Source: Heterodontus francisci
Lineage: Eukaryota
Direction: 5' to 3'
DNA: 64,000 nucleotides
Assembly (NCBI RefSeq): GCF_036365525.1
Contig: NC_090375.1
Coordinates: forward strand, 112,985,460-113,049,459
Part shown: positions 24,507-37,529 of the stretch, piece by piece
How positions within the stretch are numbered: position 1 is the first letter of the stretch
Layout of the letters: each line of letters begins with the position of its first letter
Program-made: the position numbers and the translations under genes
Notes under the pieces: model-generated
Databases searched by the model: none
Seen by the model: the letters and a program-made list of their open reading frames with translations, nothing else
What the model was told of the DNA's origin: nothing

Positions 24507-26397
24507 CTGTGCAGGAAGGATAGGAACCATTAGATCTCCCTCAGGAACCCAGCTCTTTTCTAACATCATGCTGTTTCTCAGCAAATACAGACTTATTCAG
24601 CTGTCATCACCCTACCTCCAGATTATTTGAAAAAGGGAGAAAAAGAGAAAGGAAACACGCATTTTATCAGCTGCAGTTATGTCTGAGTCAGGTATTTCTT
24701 ACTGCACCCCCACCATGAAGAATTATTGGCAATGTGAAACTTGTAGTTTCAATGCTTGCTGTTTATAATAAACCAGACTTTGGGGATGATGCCAGCACTC
24801 CTCACCTTACAAAGAATAACAGCCACTCATTTAAGCCCAGCTGCAAAAAGTGAAAAATGTTCTGCTGTTTAAATTCTGTCAGCACCAGCAATTATCCTTG
24901 TTGCAATACCAGCAGAGAGAAAAATACACCATTGTGACACTGCTTCTGCTTTATACAGTGTACTGGGTATTATGCAATCTCACATTGATTTCTTATAATA
25001 ATGACTACATAATAATCCAGCTATTGAAATGAGCACTGAGCATATGATAGTATGCAATCTTTTTTATGCATTATCATATGCAAGAACAAAATTGAAAGAG
25101 GACTCTATTAACCATAATAGGCATGTATTTTATAATGCAATCTAACACACAAATTCCTTTCTGTCCCCAGTGCACTTGTTTAAAATGATATCCTTTTAAA
25201 CTGCACCAACGTTTCCTTATCATTTTCTCCCTCCCACCCCACTCCATCCCTAATGTGGACATTAATTAATATATTGTGCACATCAAGTTGTGCTGTGTTG
25301 GGTACAGCATCACACCATGCCATTGATAACACACTGATTGTCCTACATCACGTGCCATCTACTTATTTGTGTCACAAACTCTCGTGTCAGGAAAATGAGC
25401 ATTCTTTGTGTACGGAGACAAGAGGAAAAGGACTTTGTGTATATATTATGCAAAATAGCAGATGGTTAGGGATAAATTGTAGGCTTGTATGGGGTCCCTC
25501 ATTAGACTGGGGCTTATGTGTACAAGAATGGTCGCATCACTTGCATGTATATTGACTTCATACCAGCTTGGGAATGCCCACACATCACTCCTGAGCACTT
25601 TTTATTCCATATGTATCTACTATTGTAATATATAACTATCTTACATTGCAGTTACTGTTGTTAAGTGACCATTAGCAATTTAAAACTGGTTAGTTTGTAA
25701 CAGTTAATGAAACTTAGCTAACTTTTTTGGACCCTATGGAAGCTGAAGTCAACAATTTGCCCCAAATTCCACCCAGGCCGAGATCAACTCACTTAGCACA
25801 GACCAGGACTCAAATCTAGGACCTCTATAATCCTTTGTGATTGAATGTCATACAAGGCAGTGAATGCACTAACTAAAATACCAGCAGGAGTTTTTTCAGC
25901 TTTTTCTAATCCTTTTTCCATATTTATTCACTGCATGTTGACCTGATTGTATATATTTTATTAAATAGAAAAAGGATACTCCATTTTATTCCTCAGGTTG
26001 ATGATTTTAACTCATGTGACTGACTGGAAGAAAATCATCTCCATGGTGTTGCTAAATCTGATGTTCACAGACTTTGCCCTTCTATCTGTAATGTACAGAT
26101 TGTATTAGAATAAATAATATATAAATAAAGGAGTTGTGGTGTCAGTGGGAAGCACTGGAAAGACGAAAGCATATTCCTAGGGAAGTTAATTGGTAACTTG
26201 ACCCAGTGCTTTCATGACCTGCCTGGAATCTAATTGACCAAGGCCCTGAGCACGTTGACTACATGGACTGTTGTCTCGGTGGTGATGAATGCAAGTGAAG
26301 GACCCAACAAGGAAGTGAAAACAACTCACAAAAGATAGGTCATTCATTTTACCAGTGTCTTCAGATGTTAACACCCTTTTAGAAATAAAACTAAAAC

Positions 26398-26987
26398 TCG
26401 GATTTTAATACCCCGTGGGAGTCATGTGGATGGAGGCTGAGGCGAATTGGAAACTTTCCGGTGCTCTGCAGCACGAGGCCCAGGAGATTTTAATGCCAGA
26501 GCCTTATTTGCATAGGCCCCATCAATCTCCCAGCCACACCTGGCAGGAACCACTGCCTGGCTGGAAGGCTGGTGCACCATTTCTGGTGACAGAAGGTCGT
26601 TGCTGGGAGCCAAAAGGACAGTTTCCCAACAATCAGGTTAATGCTTAGGAGGAGGGTTGGGAGGGCCTCAGGTTAGGGAAGGGGGAAGGCAAGGGAGGAC
26701 CACCAAGAAACACACATTTTTAAAAAATAACTTTCTTTGAGGAACTTCTTCCGTCCACGACTGTTTGTCACCAGGTTGGCCTGGAGGAAAAGCCTTGATA
26801 GTTTTCCCTGCTTAAGCTTCAGGTTAAAATTGCAGTTGGGCCCTAAAGCCTTCCAGTAGGACGCCTGCACACCTGCTGAAAAGAGCAGGTTAACACTGCA
26901 ACCCTTAGGAGTGTAGTGGGATTGGAAAGGGTAAGTTCACTGTGGCCCATTCAGTTTCTGTCAGGTGGTCAGGGTTAAAATAAGCCC
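26398..26987. mobile_element. Possible old MITE / non-autonomous DNA transposon
   Basis: Degenerate inverted ends (ggattttaataccc ... gggttaaaataagccc) around a GC-richer core. Confidence 0.35.
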
Positions 26988-27407
26988 TTTGATATCATGA
27001 TACAAAAGCAAAAAAAAAGCTAAAAATCCATAGCCTGTCACTGAAATTCCTCAAACGGTTCTCCCAGTAATTTTGTTTAGGGAATCCTCACCCCAACTCA
27101 ACTCTCTTCACCATCATTTGCCTTGTAGGAGACGGACCAAAACTCCACTCCTCATAAGACAAAAAAAAAGGTCTCCATCATTTTCCTGGTAATTCCACTG
27201 ATTTCCCACTGGGGTTATGGGGGAGATCAGTGGAATCCCCATGGAGTTTCAGTTCCTAGAAGAAAAGCTACCTGGATCAAAGCTACATGAATAATTTAAA
27301 CAAAGGACTCCGATAACAGTTGTGAAGCCTGAGATCTTTCAGATTAGATTACAGCCTTGTAACTCACTCTGAGGAATCAATTATTCTGTTTTATTGCAAA
27401 ACACATT

Positions 27408-28772
27408 TTTTTAATATTCATTTATGGGATGTGGGCAATAAATGCTGGCTAGGCATTGCCCTAGAGAAGGTGGTGGTGAGATGCCTTCTTGAACTGCTGC
27501 AGTTCATGTGAGGTAGGTACACCCACAGTGCTGTTAGAAAGGGAGTTCCAGGATTTTGACCCAGCGACTATGAAGGAACAGCGATATAGTTCCAAGTCAG
27601 GATGGCGTGTGGCTTGGAGAGGAACTTGCAGGTGGTGGTGTTCCCATGCATCTGCTGCCCTTGTCCTTCTACGTGGTTGAGGTCGCTGGTTTGGAAGGTG
27701 CTGTCTAAGAAGCCTTGGTGCGATGCTGCATCTTGTAGATGGTACACACTGCTGCCACTGTGCGTCGGTGGTGGAGGGAGTGAATGTTTGTTGATGGGGT
27801 GCCAATCAAGCGGGCTGCTTTGTTCTGGATGGTGTCGAGCTTCTTGAGTGTTGTTTGAGCTGCACCCATCCAGGCAAGTGGAGAGTATTTCATCACATTT
27901 CTGACTTGTGCCTTGTAGATGGTGGACAGGCCTTGGGGAGTCAGGAGGTGAGTTACTCGCCTCAGGATTCCTATCCTCTGACCTGCTCTTGTAGTCATGG
28001 TATTTATGTGGCTACTCCAGTTCAGTTTCTGGTCAATGGTAACCCACAGGATATTGATCGTGGGGGATTCAGCGATCGTAATGACACTGAATGTCAAAGG
28101 GAGTTGGTTAGATTCTCTCTTGTTGGAGATGGTTATTGCCTGGCACTTGTGTGGTGCAAATGTTACTTGCCACTTATCAGTCCAAGTTGGATATTGTCCA
28201 GGTCTTGCTGCATTTCTACACAGACTGTTTCAGTATCTGAGGAGTTGCAAATGTTGCTGAACATTGTGCAATCATCAGTGAACATCCCCAGTTCTGAACT
28301 TATGATTGAAGGAAGGTCATTGATGAAGCAGCTGAAGATGGTTGGACCTAGGACACTACCCTGAGGAACTCCTGCAGTGTGTCCTGGAGCTGAGATGATT
28401 GACCTCCAACAACCACAACCATCTTCCTTTGCACTAGGTATGACTCCAACCAACGGAGAGCTTTCCCCCTGATTCCCATTGACTCTTGTTTTGCTTGGGC
28501 TCCTTGAAACCATATTCTGTCAAATGCTGCCTTGATGTCAAGGGCAGTCATGCGTTCAGCTCTTTTGTCCACGTTTGAACCAAGGCTGTAATGATGTCAG
28601 GAGCTGAGTGGCCCTGGAGGAACCCAAACTGAACATCGCCGAGCAGGTTATTGCTACCCAAGTGCCGCTTGATAGCACTGTCGACGACATCTTCCATCAC
28701 TTTACTGATGATCGTGAATGGACTGATGGGGCGGTAAGTGGCTGGGTTAGATTTGTCCTGCTTTTTGTGTAC
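27408..28772 (-). mobile_element. LINE family B, 3' half (RT)
   Basis: TYRPISPFT, ALDIKAAFDRIW, GVPQGSVLGP, MFTDDCT, YKAQVR..MKYSPLAW. Confidence 0.9.
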
Positions 28773-29668
28773 TTGGGGATCATACCAGAGGAGCATCTGA
28801 GAAATTGGGCATAGTCAGCAAAGGAGGTAATTTGCACACCTTGAAATTGGGTCTCAGATCTGATTTGCATTAAGCAAGTGAATTGTAGGCACCAATGCAG
28901 CTTGCCTGTCAGATCTTGGCCAATTGCAACCTGCTCTGACACCAAGCTGGCCTGCAGATAGATCCTGAGAGTGGGCTAGAGGCGGAATCGAGAGTGGGGT
29001 GGGGTGGGTCAGGCCCAGGTTGGCATCGGCCAGCAGTAGTTTTGTGGAGCACTCCTGCTTCTCTTGGATCCACAGAAATGTAACTATTAAAAAGTTTTCT
29101 GACCTTTTCTAAGTGGCCTTCAGTGGTCCCATCAAGGTCCTTAGGCTACTCAAAACCTGGAACAAATGAGCAGAATGTGTTGCTCAGCCACCTGTTAATT
29201 AATTACAATTGGGGTCCGAGAAAGTTCTGCACACCTGAAAACAATTTTAGAATTGCACAATATTTTGTTGCCCATTCCTGGAGTTAAAAAGTGACCTCAA
29301 AGGAAAGCCACATTGCAATCTGCAGTCTACCCCTCTTAATTCAAAGTTGCTTACTTTGAATGATCTATTAATTTCATTTTTATTTTCAGAAAAATAAAAG
29401 ACTTCAAATTCTAGACTGTGGCCTAGAAATTCATTGACACATGTCCACTTTACAGGCCTAAGCAACCAATATAGCAGGCAGCATGCTCGTGCTCATTCTG
29501 TGCTGGAGGTGCACCACCTGTCATATTGGTAAAGGCTCCAGAATAGATATCCAAGATGTGGGAATGGAACAAGCAATTGGCCCGTTGCATTCGCAAATAT
29601 AGAGCTTAACACCTGTTGGGAACTCCCTTTATAAAATTCATTAGGGTCATTATACTCAGGCATTCAGT

Positions 29669-31618
29669 GGGGAGGCAGTGGCATAGTGGTAATGTCAGTA
29701 GACCAGCAATCCAGAGGTCTAGGCTAATGCTCTGTTCAAATCCCACCATGGCAGCTGTGACTGACTCTTAAATGCCCTCTGAAATGGCCTAGCAAACCAC
29801 TCAGTTGTACCAAACCACTAGAAAAACATCTAAAAGGAATGAAAGCAGACAGACTACCCAGCATTGGCCTAGGCACCAGAAACAGCATGGCAAACCCAGC
29901 CCTGTCAACCCTGCAAAGTCCTCCTTACAAACACTGGGGGGCTTGTGCCAAAATTGGGAAAGCTGTCCAACAGACAAGTCAAGCAACAGCCTGATATATT
30001 CATACTCACAGAATCATACCTTACAGATAATGTCCCAGACATCACTGTCCCACTGGCAGGACAGACCATTCAGAGGTTTTAGTTTAGTTTAGTTTAGTTT
30101 AGTTTAATTTACAGATACAGCACTGAAACAGGCCCTTCGGCCCACCGAGTCTGTGCCGACCATCAACCACACACTTATACTAATCCTACACTAATTCGAT
30201 ATTCCTACCACATCCCCACCTGTCCCTGTATTTCCCTACCACCTACCTATACTAGGGGCAATTGCTAATGGCCAATTTACCTATCAACCTGCAAGTCTTT
30301 GGCATGTGGGAGGAAACCGGAGCACCCGGAGGAAACCCACGCAGACACAGGGAGAACTTGCAAACTCCACACAGGCAGTACCCAGAATTGAACCCGGGTC
30401 GCTGGAGCTGTGAGGCTGCGGTGCTAACCACTGCACCACTGTGCACAGCCAGTGGGGCTGGAGGAGATTACAGAGAAAGGGAGGGTTGAGGCTGTGAAGG
30501 GGTTGGAAAACAAGGTTGAGGATTTTAAAATCAAGTCATTGCTTCACTGCCGCCCAGGTGGTGGCACAGTGGTATACAGGCCGGAGGGAGTTGCCCTGGA
30601 AATCCTCAACATTGACTCTGGACCCCATAAAGTCAAAGATGGGCACGGAAACCTCCTACTGATTATCACTTACCACCACCCCCTCCCCCACCCCCCAACT
30701 CAGCTGATGAATCCTCCATGTTGAACACCACTTGGAAGAAGCACTGAGGCTGGCAGGGGCACAGAATGTACTCTGGGTGGGGGATTGCAATGTCCATCAC
30801 CAAGCTGGCTCAGAGCACCACTGCTGGTTGAGTCCTAAAGGACATAGCTTCTATACTGGGTCTGCAGCAGGTGGTGAGGGAAAAACATACTTGACCTCGT
30901 CCTCACCAATCAACCTGTCACAAATGCATCTGTCCATGACAGTATTGGTAGGAGTGACCACCACACAGTTCTTACGGAGGCAAAGTCCCATTTTCACATT
31001 GAGGATACCCTCCATCATGTTGCATGGCACTGCCACCGTGCTAAATGGAATAGATTTTGAACAGAACTAGCAACTCAAAACTGGGCATCCACGAGGTGCT
31101 GTGGGCCATCAGCAATCACAGAATTGTATTCAACAACAATCTGTAACCTCATGGCCCGGCATATCCCCCACTCTACTATTACCATCAAGCTGGGGGACTA
31201 TCAATAAAGAGCACAGGACGGCATGCCAGGAGCAGCATACCAGGCATACCTAATAATGAGGTGTCAACCTGGTGAAGCTACAACCCAGGACTACTTGCAT
31301 GCCAAACAGCGGAAGCAGCATGCGATAGACTGAGCTAAGCAATCCCACGACCAATGGATCAGATCTAAGCTCTGCAGTCCTGCCACATCCAGTCACGAAT
31401 GGTGGTGGATAATTAAACAACTAACTGGAGGAGGAGGCTCCACAAATATCCCCATCCTCAATGATGGGAGAGCCCAGCACAACAGTGCAAAAGACAAGGC
31501 TGAAGAATTTGCAATAATCTTCAGCCAGAAGTGCCGAGTGACTGATCCATCTCAGCCTCCTCCTGAGGACCCCAGCATCACAAATGCCAGTCTCCAGCCA
31601 ATCCGATTCACTCCACAT
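29669..31618 (+). mobile_element. LINE family B, 5' part (tRNA-like head, AP endonuclease), interrupted at 30075-30550 and cut by the ERV LTR
   Basis: Endonuclease motifs LWVGDCNVHH and SDH (gagtgaccac); downstream WW.IKQLTGGGGS.NIPILND linker. Confidence 0.75.
30075..30444 (-). mobile_element. HE1-type V-SINE
   Basis: Reverse complement of 19591-19947 with (ctaaa)n tail. Confidence 0.9.
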
Positions 31619-31970
31619 TGAAGGGGACATTTAAACATTGTAAGTTTCGAGCTGTTTAAACAAAGAAGTTAGCAGTAGGATTGATAACAATCAGTAGTAT
31701 GGGCAGAGCCCAAGTGTACGTGCCTTGGCTGCAATTGGAGAAGTTGAAAACCACTGTGCATGTGTTTTCAAATGTGATTGCGTAAGTTTAAAATGATGCA
31801 ACATAATGTAATGCCAAGTATAAATATTGCATGACTCTTTGTCTCAGTGGAGAAGCCTCATGGCTTGACTAACAGAGGTTATCTCCCCACCGATGTAAAA
31901 ATAAAGACTGCTTGTGATTGAACTACAGACCTGAGGTGTCGAATGATTATTTCAGTCATTCCACCAAACA
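31619..31970 (+). repeat. ERV 5' LTR (352 bp)
   Basis: Starts TGAAGGGG exactly where LINE B homology stops, AATAAA at about 31900, ends CA 2 nt before the PBS. Confidence 0.8.
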
Positions 31971-31972
31971 AT

Positions 31973-31990
31973 TGGCATAGTCGACAGGAT
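31973..31990 (+). promoter_or_regulatory. Primer-binding site, tRNA-Ser
   Basis: TGGCATAGTCGACAGGAT versus the tRNA-Ser 3' complement TGGCGTAGTCGGCAGGAT (2 G>A mismatches; tRNA sequence from memory). Confidence 0.8.
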
Positions 31991-33085
31991 ACAGACGGAT
32001 GGGGGGACAAGGATCGGAGAAAGCTGAGTTACCATGTGAGTACGTTTAAATTACCACACTAAGTTAGGACGAGGTAGAAACCATTCTGTGTCCACCACCC
32101 GAGTATCCGAATCTGCAGGTCTGGTCAAGCACGAACCAGCTAACGGTATTGGGTGAAACATTCACAGTTGTATAGAGTAATAGTAGATAACACATAAAAT
32201 AATATATAACACATCTACCTCCTTCCCAAAATCCACAAACGGGACTGTCCCGGCAGACCCATTGTGTCAGCCTGCTCCTGCCCCACTGAACTTATTTCTT
32301 CCTATCTTGACTCTATCTTTTCTCCACTGGTCCAGTCTCTTCCCACCTACATCCGTGACTCTTCTGACGCCCTACATCATTTTGACAATTTCCAGTTTCC
32401 TGGTCCCAACCGCCTCCTCTTCACTATGGACATCCAATCTCTCTACACCTCCATCCCCCACCAGGACGGTTTGAGGGCTCTCCGCTTCTTCCTTGAACAG
32501 AGGCCCAACCAGTCCCCATCCACCACCACCCTCCTCCGCCTGGCTGAACTTGTTCTCACATTGAACAACTTCTCCTTCAACTCCACTCACTTTCTTCAAG
32601 TAAAAAGTTCTGCTAATGGTACCTGTATGGGTCCTAGTTATGCCTGTCTTTTTGTGGGATATGTCGAGCATTCTTTGTTCCAGTCCTACTCAGGCCTCCT
32701 CCCCCATCTCTTTTTCCAGTACATTGATGACTGTATCGGTGCCGATTCCTGCTCCCACCCCAAACTGGAAAACTTTATCAACTTTGCTTCCAATTGTGGA
32801 AATGTGGACAATCGCTCGGACTCCTAGCCCTAACCCAGGAAAAACAATGAAAACAAGTTTAGAGAAAGCAAGACTAAACTCCTGGCTGCATGATCTGTGA
32901 GGTTAAGTCAGCAGTAAAATGTTCCATCTGGTTTGTTCGGATAGGGAAGCTCAGCAGACAAAAAAGATTCATTCACTAACTATTGCAAGTTTGTGATCTC
33001 CAGACTGGGTGTTCTAATCTTTAGAAACAGTGATAACAGGATGCCGTTTGGAGCGAATCTAACCACACTAATTGTCTCAAGGAGT

Positions 33086-36000
33086 ACAAAGAAGAAAGAA
33101 CAAAGAAAATTACAGCACAGGGACAGGCCCTTCGGCCCTCCAAGCCTGCGCCGATCCAGATCCTCTGGATCTTATTTTCTAAGGGTCTCTATATCTTTAC
33201 TTCCTGCCCATTCATGTATCTGTCAAGATACATCTTAAAAGACGCTATCGTGCCCGCGTCTACCACCTCCGCTGGCAACGCGTTCCAGGTACCCACCACC
33301 CTCTGTGCAAAGAACTTTCCACGCATATCCCCCCTAAACTTTTCCCCTTTCACTTTGAACTCGTGACCCCTAGTAATTGAATCCCCCACTCTGGGAAAAA
33401 GCTTCTTGCTATCCAACCTGTCTATACCTCTCATGATTTTGTACACCTCAATCAGATCCCCCCTCAACCTCCGTCTTTCTAATGAAAATAATCCTAATCT
33501 ACTCAACCTCTCTTCATAGCTAGCGCCCTCCATACCAGGCAACATCCTGGTGAACCTCCTCTGCACCCTCTCCAAAGCATCCACATCCTTTTGGTAATGT
33601 GGCGACCAGAACTGCACGCAGTATTCCAAATGTGGCCGAACCAAAGTCCTATACAACTGTAACATGACCTGCCAACTCTTGTACTCAATACCCCGTCCGA
33701 TGAAGGAAAGCATGCCGTATGCCTTCTTGACCACTCTATTGACCTGCGTTGCCACCTTCGGGGAACAATGGACCTGAACACCCAAATCTCTCTGTACATC
33801 AATTTTCCCCAGGACTTTTCCATTTACTGTATAGTTCACTCTTGAATTGGATCTTCCAAAATGTGTCACCTCGCATTTGCCCTGATTGAACTCCATCTGC
33901 CATTTTTCTGCCCAACTCTCCAGTCTATCTATATTCTGCTGTATTCTCTGACAGTCCCCTTCACGATCTGCTACTCCACCAATCTTAGTGTTGTTTGCAA
34001 ACTTGCTAATCAGACCACCTATACTTTCCTCCAAATCATTTATGTATATCACAAACAACAGTGGTCCCAGCACGGATCCCTGTGGAACACCACTGGTCAC
34101 ACGTCTCCATTTTGAGAAACTCCCTTCCACTGCTACTCTCTGTCTCCTGTTGCCCAGCCAGTTCTTTATCCATCTAGCTAGTATACCTGGACCCCATGCG
34201 CCTTCACTTTCTCCATCAGCCTACCATGGGGAACCTTATCAAACGCCTTACTGAAGTCCATGTATATGACATCTACAGCCCTTCCCTCATCAATCAACTT
34301 TGTCACTTCCTCAAAGAATTCTATTAAGTGGGTAAGACATGACCTTCCCTGCACAAAACCATGTTGCCTATCACTGATAAGCCCATTTTCTTCCAAATGG
34401 GAATAGATCCTATCCCTCAGTATCTTCTCCAGAAGCTTCCCTACCACTGACGTCAGGCTCACCGGTCTATAATTACCTGGATTATCCCTGCTACCCTTCT
34501 TAAACAAGGGAACAACATTAGCAATTCTCCAGTCCTCCGGGACCTCACCCGTGTTTAAGGAAGTTGCAAAGATATCTGTTAAGGACCCAGCTATTTCCTC
34601 TCTCGCTTCCCACAGAAACCTGGGATAGATCCCATCCGGACCTGGGGACTTGTCCACCTTAATGCCTTTTAGAATACCCAACACTTCCTCCCTCCTTATG
34701 CCGACTTGACCTAGAGTAATCAAACATCTGTCCCTAACCTCAACAACCGTCATGTCCCTCTCTTCAGTGAATACCGATGCAAAGTACTCATTTAGAATCT
34801 CACCCATTTTCTCTGACTCCACGCATAACCTTCCTCCTTTGTCCTTGAGTGGGCCAATCCTTTCTCTAGTTACCCTCTTGCTCCTTATATATGAATAAAA
34901 GCCTTTGGGATTTTCCTTAACCCTGTTTGCTAAAGATATTTCATGACCCCTTTTAGCCCTCTTAATTCCTCGTTTCAGATTCCACCGACAATCCCGATAT
35001 TCTTTCAAAGCTTCGTCTTTCTTCAGCCGCCTAGACCTTATGTATGCTTCCTTTTTCCTCTTAGCTAGTCTCACAATTTCACCTGTCATCCATGGTTCCC
35101 TAATCTTGCCATTTCTACCCCTCATTTTCACAGGAACATGTCTCTCCTGCACGCTAATCAACCTCTCTTTAAAAGCCTCCCACATATCAAATGTGGATTT
35201 ACCTTCAAACAGCTGCTCCCAATCTACATTCCCCAGCTCCTGCCGAATTTTGGTATAGTTGGCCTTCCCCCAGTTTAGCACTCTTCCTTTAGGACCTCGT
35301 CTTTGTCCATGAGTATGCTAAAACTTACGGAATTGTGATCACTATTCCCAAAGTAGTCCCCTACTGAAACGTCAACCACATGGCCCGGCTCATTCCCCAA
35401 CACCAGGTCCAGTATGGCCCCTTCCCGAGTTGGACTATTTACATACTGCTCTAGAAAACCCTCCTGGATACTCCCTACAAATTCTGCTCCATCTAGACCT
35501 CTAACACTAAGTGAATCCCAGTCAATGTTGGGAAAATTAAAATCTCCTATCACCACCACCCTGTTGCTCCTACAGCTTTCCATAATCTGTTTACTTATTT
35601 GTGCCTCTATCTCACGCTCGCTGTTGGGAGGCCTGTAGTACAGCCCCAACATTGTTACCGCACCCTTCCTATTTCTGAGTTCTGCCCATATTGCCTCACA
35701 GCTCGAGTCCTCCATAGTGCCTTCCTTCAGCACAGCTGTGATATCCTCTTTGACCAGTAATGCAACTTCTCCACCCCTTTTACCTCCCTCTCGATCCCGC
35801 CTGAAGCATCGGTATCCTGGGATATTTAGTTGCCAATCATGCCCTTCCCTTAACCAAGTCTCAGTAATAGCAATAACATCATACTCCCAGGTACGAATCC
35901 AAGCCCTAAGTTCATCTGCCTTACCTATTACACTTCTTGCATTAAAACAAATGCACCTCAGACCACCAGTCCCTTTGCTTTCATCATCTGCTCCCTGCCT

Positions 36001-37527
36001 ACTCTTTCCCTTAGTCACGCTGACTTCATTATCTAGTTCCTTACAGGCTTTAGTTACTACATCCTTACTCTCCACTGACCTCATTTGGTTCCCATCCCCC
36101 TGCCACATTAGTTTAAACCCTCCAAAAGCACCCCCAAGGACATTGGTTCCAGTCCGGCCCAGGTGTAGACCATCCAATTTGTAATAGTCCCACCTCCCCC
36201 AGAACCGGTCCCAATGTCCCAAAAATCTGAACCCCTCCCTCCTGCACCATCTCTCAAGCCACGCATTCATCCTGACTATTCTTTCATTTCTACTCTGACT
36301 ATCATGTGGCACTGGTAGCAATCCTGAGATTACTACCTCTGAGGTCCTACTTTTTAACTTGGCTCCTAACTCCCTAAATTCTGCTTGTAGGACCTCATCC
36401 CGTTTTTTACCTATATCATTAGTGCCTATGTGCACAATGACAACTGGCTGTTCACCCTCCCCCTTTAGAATGTTCTGCAGCCGATCTGAGACATCCCTGA
36501 CCCGTGCATCTGGGAGGCAACATACCATTCGGGAGTCTAGTTTTCGACCACAGAACCGCCTATCTTCTCCCCTTACAATCGAATCCCCTATGACTATAGC
36601 CCTTCCACTCTTTTTCCCACCCTTCTGAACAGCAGAGCCAGCCACGCTGCCATGAACCTGGCTACTGCTGCCTTCCCCTGGTGAGCCATCTCCCTCAACA
36701 GTATCCAAAACGGTATACCTGTTGTGGAGGGAGATGACCGCAGGGGACACCTGCGCTGCCTTCCTGCTCTTTCTCTGCCTTTTGGTCACCCATTCCCTTT
36801 CTCCCTCAGCTATCCTAATCTGCGGTGTGACCAATTCGCTAAACGCGCTATCCACGACCTCCTCAGCATCGCGCATGCTCCAAAGTGAGTCCATCTGCAG
36901 CTCCAGAGCCGTCATGCGGTCTAACAGGAGCTGCAGCTGGACACACTTCCTGCACGTGAAGGAGTCAGGGACATCAGCCATGTCCCTGAGCTCCCATATT
37001 GAGCAAGAGGAGCATGTCACGGGTCTGAGATCTCCTGCCATTTTTAATCTTAAGCTTAAACTTAGTTAAATGAAAAAGGAACGAAAAGTTTTTAACCAAT
37101 CACACGATAAAACAAAAAAGAGAAAAAGAAAAAGCCTTACCTTATCTACACACCACCGAGTCCTTTTTTTTTGGTTAGAGGATGAGGGCGGGTGGGAGAC
37201 ACTACAGCTGTAGTGTCTCAGGTTCAGAAACGGCCCAAATATATAGGGTTTTACTTACCCAGCAGCCCCCTGGTCTCCGCCGAAAACAAAAAGAAATTAA
37301 GTTTACTTTAAACTGACCTTCCCAGCTGCTCACTCGCTCGCACTCTCTGCTCCCGAAAAAGCTGCTGCAATGAAAGGCAAGTTATTTTAAACGGCCCAAA
37401 TATATAGGGTTTTACTTACCCAGCAGCCCCCTGGTCTCCGCTGAAAACAAAAGGAAATTAAGTTTACTTTAAACTGACCTTCCCAGCTGCTCACTCGCTC
37501 GCACTCTCTGCTCCCGAAAAAGCTGCT
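33086..37527 (-). mobile_element. Near full-length CR1 LINE
   Basis: 5' UTR tandem monomers; ORF1 CSSC..CRKC zinc finger and GDSIVRG esterase; endonuclease (AITETWL, GDFN, SDH); RT (DFSKAFDKV, GVPQGS, FANNTK with the DD mutated); (ttct)-type tail. Confidence 0.95.
35275..37041 (-). pseudogene. CR1 ORF1 (zinc finger + SGNH esterase) fused in frame to the ORF2 endonuclease
   Basis: 588-aa ORF contains both domain sets; junction GGAFGGFKLMWQGDG. Confidence 0.85.
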
Positions 37528-37529
37528 GC
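37229..37529 (-). repeat. Direct repeat of about 140 bp (period about 161 bp) in the CR1 5' UTR
   Basis: aacggcccaaatatatagggttttac...gaaaaagctgctgc occurs at about 37229-37368 and 37390-37529. Confidence 0.9.

Noticed and set aside
26186-26374. 62-aa ORF as an upstream exon of the 24.2-24.5 kb candidate
   Set aside because: No convincing splice sites or homology.
27194-27236. Hairpin ttccactgat...atcagtggaa
   Set aside because: Short imperfect palindrome, probably part of an old MITE; no RNA-gene features.
36150-36620. Host GDSL/SGNH lipase gene (also 56500-56840)
   Set aside because: It is the esterase domain normal for CR1 ORF1, embedded in the LINE.
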